The notes: generated from the sequence alone by a model not told the origin. Positions 52,087 through 61,764 are shown, numbered from the stretch's first letter. The stretch: 64,000 nucleotides of DNA from an uncultured Nitrososphaerota archaeon (GCA_964518475.1 CAZFGR010000001.1:256001-320000), one strand, 5' to 3'. Made by a program: numbers and translations.

Positions 52087-52497
52087 ATGGTCTTATTTTA
52101 TGTGAGAAGGGAATTTCTTGATGCCTTGATTAAGGGAGAGAAAAAGGCAGAATTGCGCGTGGGAGAAAGCTGGATAAAAGTTGCTGAAAAAATTAGAACT
52201 GGAAGATTAAAACCTATAGCTATATTTAAGTGGAGAAATAGAGTTGTGGTAAGAGAGATTTACGATATCAAAGTTTACCCAAGTATTAGAAAAGCTCTAG
52301 CTAACGGCCGTTGGAGATTACTCGGCTTAAAAGCTAAAACATACCCAGAAGCCATCGATGAAGTTAGAAAATTGTATCACAAGGGTGCTAAAGGACATGC
52401 TGTCATGTTTTTTCTCCGAAAACCTAAGAGTTTCTCTAGAGAAGACGCTTTAGCCCTAGTGAAGCAAGTTGATGAAAATGCAGAATTAGAGAATTGA
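52087..52497 (+). CDS. ASCH/PUA-fold domain protein
   Basis: EFLDALIKGEKKAELR motif. Confidence 0.75.
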   Translation: MVLFYVRREFLDALIKGEKKAELRVGESWIKVAEKIRTGRLKPIAIFKWRNRVVVREIYDIKVYPSIRKALANGRWRLLGLKAKTYPEAIDEVRKLYHKGAKGHAVMFFLRKPKSFSREDALALVKQVDENAELEN

Positions 52498-52528
52498 AGT
52501 TAGTGATCTTTTATGCCATTCTCATTTC

Positions 52529-52592
52529 ATATCCGAGTGGTGCACGTTCAGCATCCGCGAAACGCGTCAGTGCAGGTTAGTCTCTTCATCTA
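52529..52592 (-). ncRNA. box C/D guide sRNA targeting 16S helix 34 (copy C)
   Basis: Minus strand: C ATGAAGA (52589-52583), guide GACTAACCTGCA, D' CTGA, cgcg-ttt-cgcg hairpin, C' ATGCTGA, guide ACGTGCACCACT, D CGGA (52535-52532). Confidence 0.85.
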
Positions 52593-52910
52593 GCACCCAA
52601 ATTTTTGCTTAGAAAAAAGTCACTTAGTTTTTAAAAATTCTTCTCAATTTCTTGAGGAAACTTAATCCCATTGGATACACTACATGATAGGAGATACGGA
52701 GTAGTTCGTCTGAGACACGCTTTTATATGAAAGTCATACCATATGATAATAGTTAACTAATTTCTTAATAAAGATATTAGTAAGGATTAAGCTCACCTAA
52801 GCAATGTGTTTTACTAATAGCTATAGTAGGCAACTCATCGATCTAGTAGGCTTGACTCTTAGTTTTTAGCTAATATTATCGCTTAGAAAAACTCCGCTGG
52901 GGGATGTATT

Positions 52911-54041
52911 ATGAGCACTATTGATCTATTATCACGAATAAAACCTGTTACTCCTGGTCAGCAGAAATTAATAAATGCCTTGCTGGATAGAGAAAAAGAA
53001 ATAGTAGGCGTTTTTGGACCAACGGGAACGGGAAAATCATTGCTTACCGTTGCTTATGCATTAACTAAGGTTTCAAAGGGGGAATTTGAGAAATTCGTAC
53101 TATGTAGGCCAATGGTTGATGTAGTTACTAAAAAGGAACTAAGCACTGCAGAAATTGGTGAGCAATTTATACTATTGGCAAAACAGTACTTGCATGATAT
53201 TCTCTCTGGATACATTGACTTAAGAGCTATTGATGAACTAATTAACAGTGGAAAATTAGTTATCGCTGATCCCCACTTTTTACGAGGTAGAACCTTTGAT
53301 AACGCGGTAATATTCCTTGACGACTCACAAAATATGCCACCAGAAAGCGCTGGGGAATTGTTAATGAGAATGGGTACTAATAGCAAATTTGTAGTAGCGG
53401 GTGATCCCGTTCTCCAGAAGGATCTACCTCTTGAACGCGATGGAGCTACTATTATGCGAGAGGCATTATTAGGTGAGAAAGATGCTACTGTTATTGATCT
53501 TGGACTTAAAGATATTGTTAGACCGGGAGCAAGAAGAGGAGCAAGAATTCTTCTAGAAATAAGGATGCGTAAAAGAGTACTATCGGAAAAAGAAAAGGAG
53601 ATTCTTGAGGTAATATATTCTCACGCTCCCGATGCTGATGTTTTGACTGTTGTGGATATACGCGACTTAAAAGAGAAATACGGTATTCCTGCGGAGCTGC
53701 CAGATGTTTTAGCTATTAGTAAAGCAGGTATGGTTGGTAGATTGATAGGAAAGGGTGGTGAAAAAATATCCCGAATTGAAGAAGAAGTAGGTCTTCACAT
53801 TAGAGCAGTAGAGGTCGGATTAGACTTTAGGCCATTACTCCTAGCGATTCATCCATTGAGACCTAAAGTTGAAAGAGGAATCGAGGATATAGATTTAGCG
53901 GGTCCAAGCTTACTGATCCGTATTCAAGAAAGAATTGCTGGACCGTATTTCGGTCCTAAAGGTGTTCATATTAGATTCGTGAATGATGTTTTCCAGCGGA
54001 TATTAGGTATTGGTGTACGAACAGAAGTAGTTAGCAGATAA
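52911..54041 (+). CDS. PhoH-family ATPase with C-terminal KH domain(s)
   Basis: GPTGTGKS, LRGRTF, DDSQN, GDPVLQ, then GRLIGKGG and FGPKG KH GxxG loops. Confidence 0.88.
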   Translation: MSTIDLLSRIKPVTPGQQKLINALLDREKEIVGVFGPTGTGKSLLTVAYALTKVSKGEFEKFVLCRPMVDVVTKKELSTAEIGEQFILLAKQYLHDILSGYIDLRAIDELINSGKLVIADPHFLRGRTFDNAVIFLDDSQNMPPESAGELLMRMGTNSKFVVAGDPVLQKDLPLERDGATIMREALLGEKDATVIDLGLKDIVRPGARRGARILLEIRMRKRVLSEKEKEILEVIYSHAPDADVLTVVDIRDLKEKYGIPAELPDVLAISKAGMVGRLIGKGGEKISRIEEEVGLHIRAVEVGLDFRPLLLAIHPLRPKVERGIEDIDLAGPSLLIRIQERIAGPYFGPKGVHIRFVNDVFQRILGIGVRTEVVSR

Positions 54042-54175
54042 TGAAATAAATACTAAAGATTTCACATTATCTACTGCTAAACAATGTTTTTTAACAGTTT
54101 TTAGAAATTGAGATATATTGATACGAACTCCATCCTCATTCCCCTTACTAATACGTGATGGATGGAGGGGGTATT

Positions 54176-54271
54176 ATGGGCAAATTATCTAATCTAAAAC
54201 GCCAAAGAAAACGCAGGAAAAAGAAAAAGCGTAAAAAACTTAAAAGAAAACTAAAACGGCGTAAAAGATAA
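54176..54271 (+). CDS. 31-aa Lys/Arg-rich peptide, eL41/eS32-like ribosomal protein candidate (not in ORF track)
   Basis: MGKLSNLKRQRKRRKKKKRKKLKRKLKRRKR (22 of 31 residues basic); strong GGAGGGGG SD. Confidence 0.7.
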   Translation: MGKLSNLKRQRKRRKKKKRKKLKRKLKRRKR

Positions 54272-54285
54272 GTCGTTAAAAAATT

Positions 54286-55464
54286 TTATTTCCTTCCTCC
54301 TTCCTTTAAATAGACCTCAATTGCTGCCCTAACCCCCGACTCCTTTACTGGAAAATCAAATTCTTTAAGAACGAGTTCAGCTATTCCCAGAACGGTTAGA
54401 ACCTCTCTTTCTGCTATTAAGTTCATATGAGAAACCCTGAATATCTTACCTTTCAGATGTGCTTGGCCACCAGCAACGAGAATTCCATGTTCTCTCATTC
54501 TAGATCTAAATTCCTTATCTGATATTCCGGGCGGATACTTTACTGCTGTTAGGGTATTACTCTCAAAACCTTTTTCTGGAAATAGTTCTAAACCTAAAGC
54601 CTCAAATCCCGCTCGTGTCATTTTTGCCATTAGTCTGTGTCTCTTTATCCTATTTTCAAGTCCTTCTTCGTGGATTATTCTTAATGATTCGTAAAGAGCA
54701 TAAAAGAGCGATACTGCGCCTGTAAATGGTAAATCTCCTTGTTTTTTCCATGTATCCCAATAACGCTTCAAATCTAGGTAGTACGCTAACCTGCCATTAT
54801 TCTTCTCTAACTCGTCTATAAGTTCTTCCCGAATAGCAACGAAGGCAAGACCAGGAGGTATACCAATGCATTTCTGAGAACCAGCAACTACGACATCTAA
54901 TCCCCATTCATCCATCTTAACATAATCGCCGCCTACAGAGGTTATTCCGTCAACAATTAATAACGCTCCATAATCTTTTACGACCTTAGCGATCTCTGGA
55001 GCTGGTTGCAAAACGCCCGTAGAAGTCTCGTTATGAGTCATTGTTACTACTTTAGCGTCTGGGTTACTCTTAAGCGCTTTTTCTACAATATCCGGTTTGA
55101 TAGCACGTCCCCACTCGACGTTAACTTCAATAACCTTCGCTCCCGCTGTTTTTGCTATTTCGGCAAATCTTTTACTAAATTTGCCTGCAATCAATGATAC
55201 TACTTTATCTCCTGGTTTAACAAAGGATCTAATAGCCGCATCCATTCCCGCTGTGCCACTACCCGTTAGCATAAATACTGGACCTTTTGTTCCGAAAAGA
55301 GGCTTCAACATTTTTTCAATCTCTTCTAGCAATGATCTAAACTCGGATGTTCGGTGACCATAAATTGGTTTTGCCAAAGCTCTTAAAACTCTAGGATGTA
55401 CGGGCACAGGTCCAGGAATCATCAAAAGAGTATTTTCTTCATCATAAATGCGAAACTCGCTCAA
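54286..55464 (-). CDS. class V PLP aminotransferase (serine-glyoxylate / phosphoserine aminotransferase type)
   Basis: LMIPGPVPV, GSGT, HNETSTG, VDGITS, GSQKC, FRVSHM motifs. TTG 55464 is the probable start. Confidence 0.9.
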   Translation of the reverse strand: MSEFRIYDEENTLLMIPGPVPVHPRVLRALAKPIYGHRTSEFRSLLEEIEKMLKPLFGTKGPVFMLTGSGTAGMDAAIRSFVKPGDKVVSLIAGKFSKRFAEIAKTAGAKVIEVNVEWGRAIKPDIVEKALKSNPDAKVVTMTHNETSTGVLQPAPEIAKVVKDYGALLIVDGITSVGGDYVKMDEWGLDVVVAGSQKCIGIPPGLAFVAIREELIDELEKNNGRLAYYLDLKRYWDTWKKQGDLPFTGAVSLFYALYESLRIIHEEGLENRIKRHRLMAKMTRAGFEALGLELFPEKGFESNTLTAVKYPPGISDKEFRSRMREHGILVAGGQAHLKGKIFRVSHMNLIAEREVLTVLGIAELVLKEFDFPVKESGVRAAIEVYLKEGGRK

Positions 55465-55554
55465 ATTAATCGCCTGCAAATCATTTTTTAGATTCTTAAT
55501 CATTATTTTTCAATAACTGTATCTTGCTTAATGATAGAATACTATATACAGCAC

Positions 55555-57372
55555 CTAAGTGACTTCTTCCTTTATCTCTGCCTTTAATGCTTCGCATAAT
55601 CTATCACCAGCTTTTACGAGATTCAATAACACATGTTCGGACTCTGCTCCGAGAATTGAAAATCTCATCTGTAACTTGACTATTTGTTGCATAATTTGTC
55701 GGGAAGTTTCTTTCATCTTTCGAAGCGATTCACTCCTCAACATTAAAAGGGGTTTTACATCCTTCTTTCTGATTTTTTCAGTTGTGTGCATGATTAGTGA
55801 TGCATTAGCAATAGGATTATTATGAGGTAATAAGCCCAGACAGAGACATATACCATTTAAACATCTCGTAAAACCTTCAAGTATTTCAGGAAGGTCATCC
55901 ATGGAAAGAGTTCGTTTCGAAAGAGCTTGTTTAAAGATTTCCCGAGCAATGAGTAATTCCTCGCGAGCTATTATGAGAAGATCTTTTTTCTTAATGTTTT
56001 TATTCATTAAGACTTTTCCTAGCCTGTTTCCAAAGAATTCTTTAATAAATATATTCATTAGATTATCAACAATGTTTTTTTCTATCTTAACTTCGTGTTT
56101 AATAAACCAATATTTACATAAATACTTAGCGAGATCAGTTATCGTTGAGTATAAATCATTGGTTAGTGAAGATATTACTGACCTCGGAACAGTAAGACCT
56201 AGTTCTAACACCTTCCTAAAATACCTATTCAGCAGTAATTGTCCAAGCACTTCTCTCGACAATAATGCGTATTTCCCACTACCAACTTCTATCAATACTT
56301 TATCCTTAGGATTAATTAACAATTCAAACCGTTCCGCTATATCGCCCTTGGGGTAATAAATATTAAGATACAAAGGAACTTGAGCTACTACCTCTGTTTT
56401 TGATAATATTGTTTCCGATTTCAAGTCCTCAATGATATAATCAGTGATCTTAGCGGCCACGTCAAGAGATGCACCCGACGTTAAAATTGATAAGAATATT
56501 TTTTCCGGCAAGAATCTCTCGAGTTTACCTTTTCGATCCACGATAATTCTATCGCTTATAGATCTAATTCTCTTCAAAAAGTCTTGGAAAGGTCCTTTGC
56601 TGTTAAGGAAACGTATACTCTCTAATTCTCCCATTATTTCAAAAATGATTCTAGAAAGTTTTAGCCCTTTGTCCGTCAGAGCAATTTTTCTTTCCCTAAT
56701 TTTCAAAAATCCTAATTGCTCTAATTTTCTTAGAGATTCAATGCCTTTTTGCGACGGAATATCAAAGAACCGCATTAGAAGATTTAGTATTCCTTCTAAA
56801 TCTCTTCTCAGATTACTAATTAGTAGTACTTTAATGGGCGTATCTTCTTTTAGAATAGCACATAAATCTTTCACGGAATTGACTAGCATCTTGCACTTAG
56901 AAAACAATCTCTCAGTTTCCTTTTTCGAGGCATCATAACCAACGAGTTCTGCTATCAGATTTTTTGCCCTTCCAGATAATAATACCGAGTCATGTCTCTC
57001 TCTAAGCAAATTAAGCAGTTTTATTAATTTTTTTACATAGCGATTAATTATCTTGATTATAAAGATTTCATTCAATGGTTTACTTTTAACAGCATCTTCA
57101 TACGATAACTTACTAAAAAGAATTTTCGTAACTTTCATATTTTTTCTTTTAAACCACTCTTTAACAATAGAATCGACTTTCTTGATGGTCTCTTCAAAAT
57201 TGTCTCCTACCGGCATAACTATAATGTATAGGAGAAGATCAGTGTCAATGTAATGCTTGAACTTACCTCCAGTAACGTTTCTTAGAAAATCTTCCAATTC
57301 GTTGATATTTGCCATCGCATCTTCTTTTATGTCCTCTAATGAATACACAATGACATAATTATCTTCCTGCAT
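55555..57372 (-). CDS. multidomain protein with winged-helix and ATP-cone-like regions
   Basis: LRKLEQLGFL....IALTDKG (wHTH wing); IVDRKGKLERFLPEKIFLSI..SG (ATP-cone-like). Confidence 0.6.
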   Translation of the reverse strand: MQEDNYVIVYSLEDIKEDAMANINELEDFLRNVTGGKFKHYIDTDLLLYIIVMPVGDNFEETIKKVDSIVKEWFKRKNMKVTKILFSKLSYEDAVKSKPLNEIFIIKIINRYVKKLIKLLNLLRERHDSVLLSGRAKNLIAELVGYDASKKETERLFSKCKMLVNSVKDLCAILKEDTPIKVLLISNLRRDLEGILNLLMRFFDIPSQKGIESLRKLEQLGFLKIRERKIALTDKGLKLSRIIFEIMGELESIRFLNSKGPFQDFLKRIRSISDRIIVDRKGKLERFLPEKIFLSILTSGASLDVAAKITDYIIEDLKSETILSKTEVVAQVPLYLNIYYPKGDIAERFELLINPKDKVLIEVGSGKYALLSREVLGQLLLNRYFRKVLELGLTVPRSVISSLTNDLYSTITDLAKYLCKYWFIKHEVKIEKNIVDNLMNIFIKEFFGNRLGKVLMNKNIKKKDLLIIAREELLIAREIFKQALSKRTLSMDDLPEILEGFTRCLNGICLCLGLLPHNNPIANASLIMHTTEKIRKKDVKPLLMLRSESLRKMKETSRQIMQQIVKLQMRFSILGAESEHVLLNLVKAGDRLCEALKAEIKEEVT

Positions 57373-57415
57373 TTTCCTTTCATCCCTTAAGATCGGATTC
57401 TAAAGCTGCATAATT

Positions 57416-58315
57416 TTATGAAAATACTATGAGGTATTCATCTTCGTAAAATCTATCTATGTACACTTTTCCGCGTACTTTCAGAATTCTTCGCTGAGAA
57501 AGCATCTTACTGAGAATATTGTTTAATTTTTCAACATTTTGAGAACCTCTGAGCAGATCCATTGGGAAATTGACAAACAACGGTCTAATAGGCATGATAT
57601 GCCTAGTTGTCTTTGGCGGGAAAATTCTACGTCTCACAGCATTACAAACAACATCATCCTTAGTTACTTGAGGAGTAATTATAACGCACGTTTCTCTTTG
57701 TTTCACCGCCTGCTTAATTTCTTTTAAAATCTCATCAGATCTATAAGAAATCGCAACTCCTAACTCTCTATTAAGAAAAATTTCTAAATCCTTTATCAGT
57801 TTATAAAAGAGAAAGACGTCGTTTTTATCAGAGTAAGCTCCTAATACTTCGTTTTCCCTCCCAATATATAGTCCAAAAGCCGCTTTATGTTTCCTTAAAT
57901 CTTGTTCTAACATCTCAATAGAGACTTTCTCTAGTGAAATTTCTGAGACTTGCTTTTTCTCAAGGAAATTAATGATTTTGATTAGTTCTCTTTCTCTAAG
58001 TTTCCCCTCTATAACTCTGTGCCACCTTCCTATTTTAATTGCTGAATGATTATAGTCTACTAGACATGCCACAATGTAATTATATCCTAAAAGTCTAAGC
58101 GCTTGATATCGATGCATACCATCTAGTATTACATTGGAATTCTTATCTACAATAATAGGATGCTTGAAAACATTAGACTCTGTTAAGGAAATTATCAATT
58201 TATCAAGAAACTCTTGCACAATTTCCTCATGAATATAGAGCGCTCTTAGAGGCACAACTGCTAGCGCGGCTTCAAAAGGGTTTGCATCATCGCCTAAATG
58301 TACGGTTTTGAACAT
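57416..58315 (-). CDS. ParB/Srx-fold protein, SerK/SbnI/DUF1015-like serine kinase candidate
   Basis: LYIHEE, PIIVD....ILDGMHR, FPPKTTRH motifs. Confidence 0.7.
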   Translation of the reverse strand: MFKTVHLGDDANPFEAALAVVPLRALYIHEEIVQEFLDKLIISLTESNVFKHPIIVDKNSNVILDGMHRYQALRLLGYNYIVACLVDYNHSAIKIGRWHRVIEGKLRERELIKIINFLEKKQVSEISLEKVSIEMLEQDLRKHKAAFGLYIGRENEVLGAYSDKNDVFLFYKLIKDLEIFLNRELGVAISYRSDEILKEIKQAVKQRETCVIITPQVTKDDVVCNAVRRRIFPPKTTRHIMPIRPLFVNFPMDLLRGSQNVEKLNNILSKMLSQRRILKVRGKVYIDRFYEDEYLIVFS

Positions 58316-58487
58316 GCTAGAGACCTATTACTACTATTTAGTAGGCAGAAGGATTTTTGGGGAAAATGCTGAGTAATGACAATCCTAAAAAGATTTTATG
58401 GAAAAAACTAAGTTACTAATATGCATGATATTATATCACGAAAGATACATCCTCCATTAATTATTGGTACAGTTTTGAAGCTATTCC

Positions 58488-58961
58488 CTATGTTAAAAAT
58501 ATGATTCCACTTATGTAATTTGCTAATTTTTGTGCAAACAAAATATAGGTTAGCGCCAGAAAGCCAAATAACAGTAATGCAAAGCCAAATGCAAGATAGA
58601 GCCCCTGATACTCTACGTCAGTGAAGTGTTCTACCGAGCTTCTAATAATGAATGCTCCCAGAACACTCATCAAAGTCAGAGCTATCACTATTATTCCTTC
58701 ACTTAGCGTTTGTCGATTTAAATCTGGGATTATTAACTTGGGTACGCGTGGACCAATGATCGCTGGAGGGAGGTTAACAGCTATGTATATTATTCCACTA
58801 GCTAACACTGCACACGTTATAGCTAAAATTAGGAAAAGGATCCTACGGTTTCCTTCCTCTGCGAGATCGATCTCAGGCAATTCTAATTTATACTTTGGTC
58901 TATAGAAACCGGGTAACCAGGGAATCTTTATTTTCCGTTTCACCTTAACCAAGTTACCCAC
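58488..58961 (-). CDS. OST3/OST6-OSTC(DC2)-like membrane protein
   Basis: Three TM segments with SGIIY....PP and Q...EG motifs of the OST3/6 family. Confidence 0.7.
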   Translation of the reverse strand: MGNLVKVKRKIKIPWLPGFYRPKYKLELPEIDLAEEGNRRILFLILAITCAVLASGIIYIAVNLPPAIIGPRVPKLIIPDLNRQTLSEGIIVIALTLMSVLGAFIIRSSVEHFTDVEYQGLYLAFGFALLLFGFLALTYILFAQKLANYISGIIFLT

Positions 58962-58965
58962 CTTT

Positions 58966-59898
58966 TTATTGTTCTCTTAATAAGTCTATTACGGTTTTAA
59001 TAACTACTTCCGCAGCTCTTTCTTGCGCCTCTTTTGTCTGCGCACCTATGTGAGGTGTTAAAATAACGTTTGAGAAACCAAGTAGCTTCCTGACGAAAGG
59101 ATTTTCTGGTTTAAGATTTGTATCAGCAGCTAGTCCTCTTATTTTGCCGGATTCAAGACCCCAAATTATTGCTTCAGGATCAAACAATTCCATTCTTGCC
59201 GTATTTATTAGCAATACTCCATCTTTCATTTTTCTTACTTCATCCCAACTTATCATATGCTTAGTCTCTGGTAGTAAAGGAACATGAATAGATATTATGT
59301 CAGAGCTCTCTAGAAGGTTTTCCATTGACACAAAATTAACATTAGCCCCTACCATTTTAGTCATTCTTTTAGCATTCTCTAGAAATTTATCATATCCAAT
59401 AACATTCATTCCTAAGGCATTAGCTATTCTAGCAACCCTACTACCTATGTTTCCCACTCCTATGATACCAAGAGTTTTGCCATGTAACTCTGTTCCCGTA
59501 CAGAAATTTTTTGCCCAAAAACCTCGTCTTAGAGCTTCGTCTCCGAAAATAATTTTCCTAGCTAACGCGATCATTAGTCCTATTGTTAGCTCGGCCACGG
59601 AGTCTGCTGTGGCTGCTCCCGCGTTAATAACCTTTATTCCCCGCGCTTTAGCAGTTTCAACATCTATGTTGTCTAATCCAACACCAACTCTTGCAATAAC
59701 TCTTAGTTTTGCCCCCCTCTCTATTACATCCTTAGTAACCTTTGTTCGCCCTCTTACAAGAACCGCGTCGTATTTATCAATTATTTTCATTAACTCTTCA
59801 TGAGATATATCGGGGCGGTAATCATACATAATTCCAGCTTCCTCTAATAGCTTCAGACCTTTCTCTGATATGGGATCTGTGATAAGGATCTTTATCAT
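58966..59898 (-). CDS. serA: D-3-phosphoglycerate dehydrogenase (no ACT domain)
   Basis: RGRTKVT, RVGVGLDNID, SVAE, GNIG, INTAR, TPHIGAQTKEAQ. GGTGA SD favours ATG 59898. Confidence 0.85.
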   Translation of the reverse strand: MIKILITDPISEKGLKLLEEAGIMYDYRPDISHEELMKIIDKYDAVLVRGRTKVTKDVIERGAKLRVIARVGVGLDNIDVETAKARGIKVINAGAATADSVAELTIGLMIALARKIIFGDEALRRGFWAKNFCTGTELHGKTLGIIGVGNIGSRVARIANALGMNVIGYDKFLENAKRMTKMVGANVNFVSMENLLESSDIISIHVPLLPETKHMISWDEVRKMKDGVLLINTARMELFDPEAIIWGLESGKIRGLAADTNLKPENPFVRKLLGFSNVILTPHIGAQTKEAQERAAEVVIKTVIDLLREQ

Positions 59899-59911
59899 AC
59901 AATTCACCAAG

Positions 59912-61549
59912 TTATACAAATAGTTCGGATACATCTTCCCGCGCTTTTTCTTCGACCTTGGGATACATTGATTCAATTTTTATTGATAATTTCTCATACA
60001 TGACTAAAAAATCTTGTCCACCATGACTCGCTAACACTTTTCTTGTTTTTTCCGTTAATCTTGGTGCTGTGAAGAAGAGAAGCCTGTGGATATAATAAAA
60101 GAATATGTTCCGTAACCACTCGTTTTTACCCCAACCATTCTTCTCCAGATATTCGCATGTTTCAACAAAGTCTTTCATTAAGTGATTTAATAATTTAATA
60201 ATGTCTCTCAGCCGTTCTTCATTAATTTTCGAAATATCCTCTATTTCTAGTATTGGTAAAATAGTTTCAAGAATAAATGGTACAGGCTCGCCCATTAGTA
60301 GGCGAATTCCAATAAGTGCTAAAGGATCCCTTCTCGCATGCTCGAAAAGTATCCTAAAAACTTCAGGTTTTCTAATAATGCTAGTTCTCAACATCACCTT
60401 TGCCTCGAAGTTCCAGTTAGCTATTTCTTCTAAAGCGTCTTGTGAGATAAGCATAGTTGATCTAGGAGATAACCTATCATGAATAGATAGTGGCGGCGGG
60501 GTCAACGGAATAGCTAATAATATTATATCCGGTGAAACTTTTAGAGAAATCATGCTAGTCGTCCCAAAAATTTTCAGAGCATTCTTTAAGTAAAGATTCC
60601 CCACTCCCCTCAGAACTTCCAGCACACCTTTTATGTCATTCTTTTCAATTAGTGCATAAATTCTCGCTACTTCCTGTAGAAGAACTTCTCCGAGATCAAC
60701 GCTTTCTTCAACAATATCTATTTTATTTAGCCCTTTTTTAAGCATCTCGACAATTTTTTCTATATCTTCGCCCTTTGATTCATCATTTTTCAAGATAACA
60801 ACCCTAGATAACGCTTCAAAAAGAGTGGGCAGCATCAAAAGAACTAATTTCTTATTCATTCGGTCATAATTATCTATTCCCATAAGAATATTGCCCAGCG
60901 TATCACTTAGTGTCTTTCCTTTCTCCAATAGAGGCCGTATTCTCTCTGCCAACTCTTTTCTATTCTTCTTATCCATGTAGCTTAGAGTTTTCTCGAGAGC
61001 CTTTGCATGAATAGACAACGCTAAGTCAAATAATTCTTTCATGTTGATTTTTTCTAGTAATTCGTAAAGTTCCTTATCATCTACTGCTCTTAGTAAAATG
61101 TTAAAAGCTTCTTCTTCAAACTCCCCTCTTTCTATAAGTTGTTGAAGTATTTTTGGCCCGCCTCCTTTCCACACTACATATAGTGTAATCAGAAGAAAAT
61201 AGATCGATAACCATTCAATAGTGATTGCTTTTGCATAAATAGGTAATTCTAGGGCGAAGAGACTTTTAACGATCTCTTTGGTTTCAGCAAGCCATGCTGC
61301 CACTAGATCTTTTGGGACGGTTATTTTTTCCTTCTCGCTCTTTAGTAACGGCTTAAACCTTGCGACAACGAGTTTTAATACTTTTTCCTTAACGTTCTGG
61401 AGCTCCTGGAATTTATCAATACTTAGATTGATTATCTCATTGACATTATTGTCCAAGAATTCTGTTAGTAGCTTTAAGTCCTGAATAGTAGTTATTGTTG
61501 GGTAGAGCAAGTACTTGAGAGAGATTATAATTTCATTATCTATTTTCAA
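59912..61549 (-). CDS. large helical hypothetical protein
   Basis: Long Leu/Glu/Lys-rich ORF; GAGGTGA SD favours TTG 61549. Confidence 0.65.
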   Translation of the reverse strand: MKIDNEIIISLKYLLYPTITTIQDLKLLTEFLDNNVNEIINLSIDKFQELQNVKEKVLKLVVARFKPLLKSEKEKITVPKDLVAAWLAETKEIVKSLFALELPIYAKAITIEWLSIYFLLITLYVVWKGGGPKILQQLIERGEFEEEAFNILLRAVDDKELYELLEKINMKELFDLALSIHAKALEKTLSYMDKKNRKELAERIRPLLEKGKTLSDTLGNILMGIDNYDRMNKKLVLLMLPTLFEALSRVVILKNDESKGEDIEKIVEMLKKGLNKIDIVEESVDLGEVLLQEVARIYALIEKNDIKGVLEVLRGVGNLYLKNALKIFGTTSMISLKVSPDIILLAIPLTPPPLSIHDRLSPRSTMLISQDALEEIANWNFEAKVMLRTSIIRKPEVFRILFEHARRDPLALIGIRLLMGEPVPFILETILPILEIEDISKINEERLRDIIKLLNHLMKDFVETCEYLEKNGWGKNEWLRNIFFYYIHRLLFFTAPRLTEKTRKVLASHGGQDFLVMYEKLSIKIESMYPKVEEKAREDVSELFV

Positions 61550-61764
61550 GCAGAATTCACCTCTCACTCTTAAAAGAAAAAATACTAACACTAATGCATA
61601 TAAGTTACTCGTCTTCGGGAGATATTTGCTACTCTTCGTTATTTCTCTAGCCCCTACAGCGATAAATACATAGTTCATATCTTTGTTTTATTCTTAATCG
61701 AACTATTGCGTGCAGATAACACAAAGATATATGATACTTGTTGTGCCAGGTTTTAAAATAGGGG

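Noticed and set aside
52652-52713. Possible C/D sRNA (TTGAGGA...TGGA...ATGATAG...CTGA)
   Set aside because: Three of four boxes are non-consensus, the second guide is too long, and I recognise no target.
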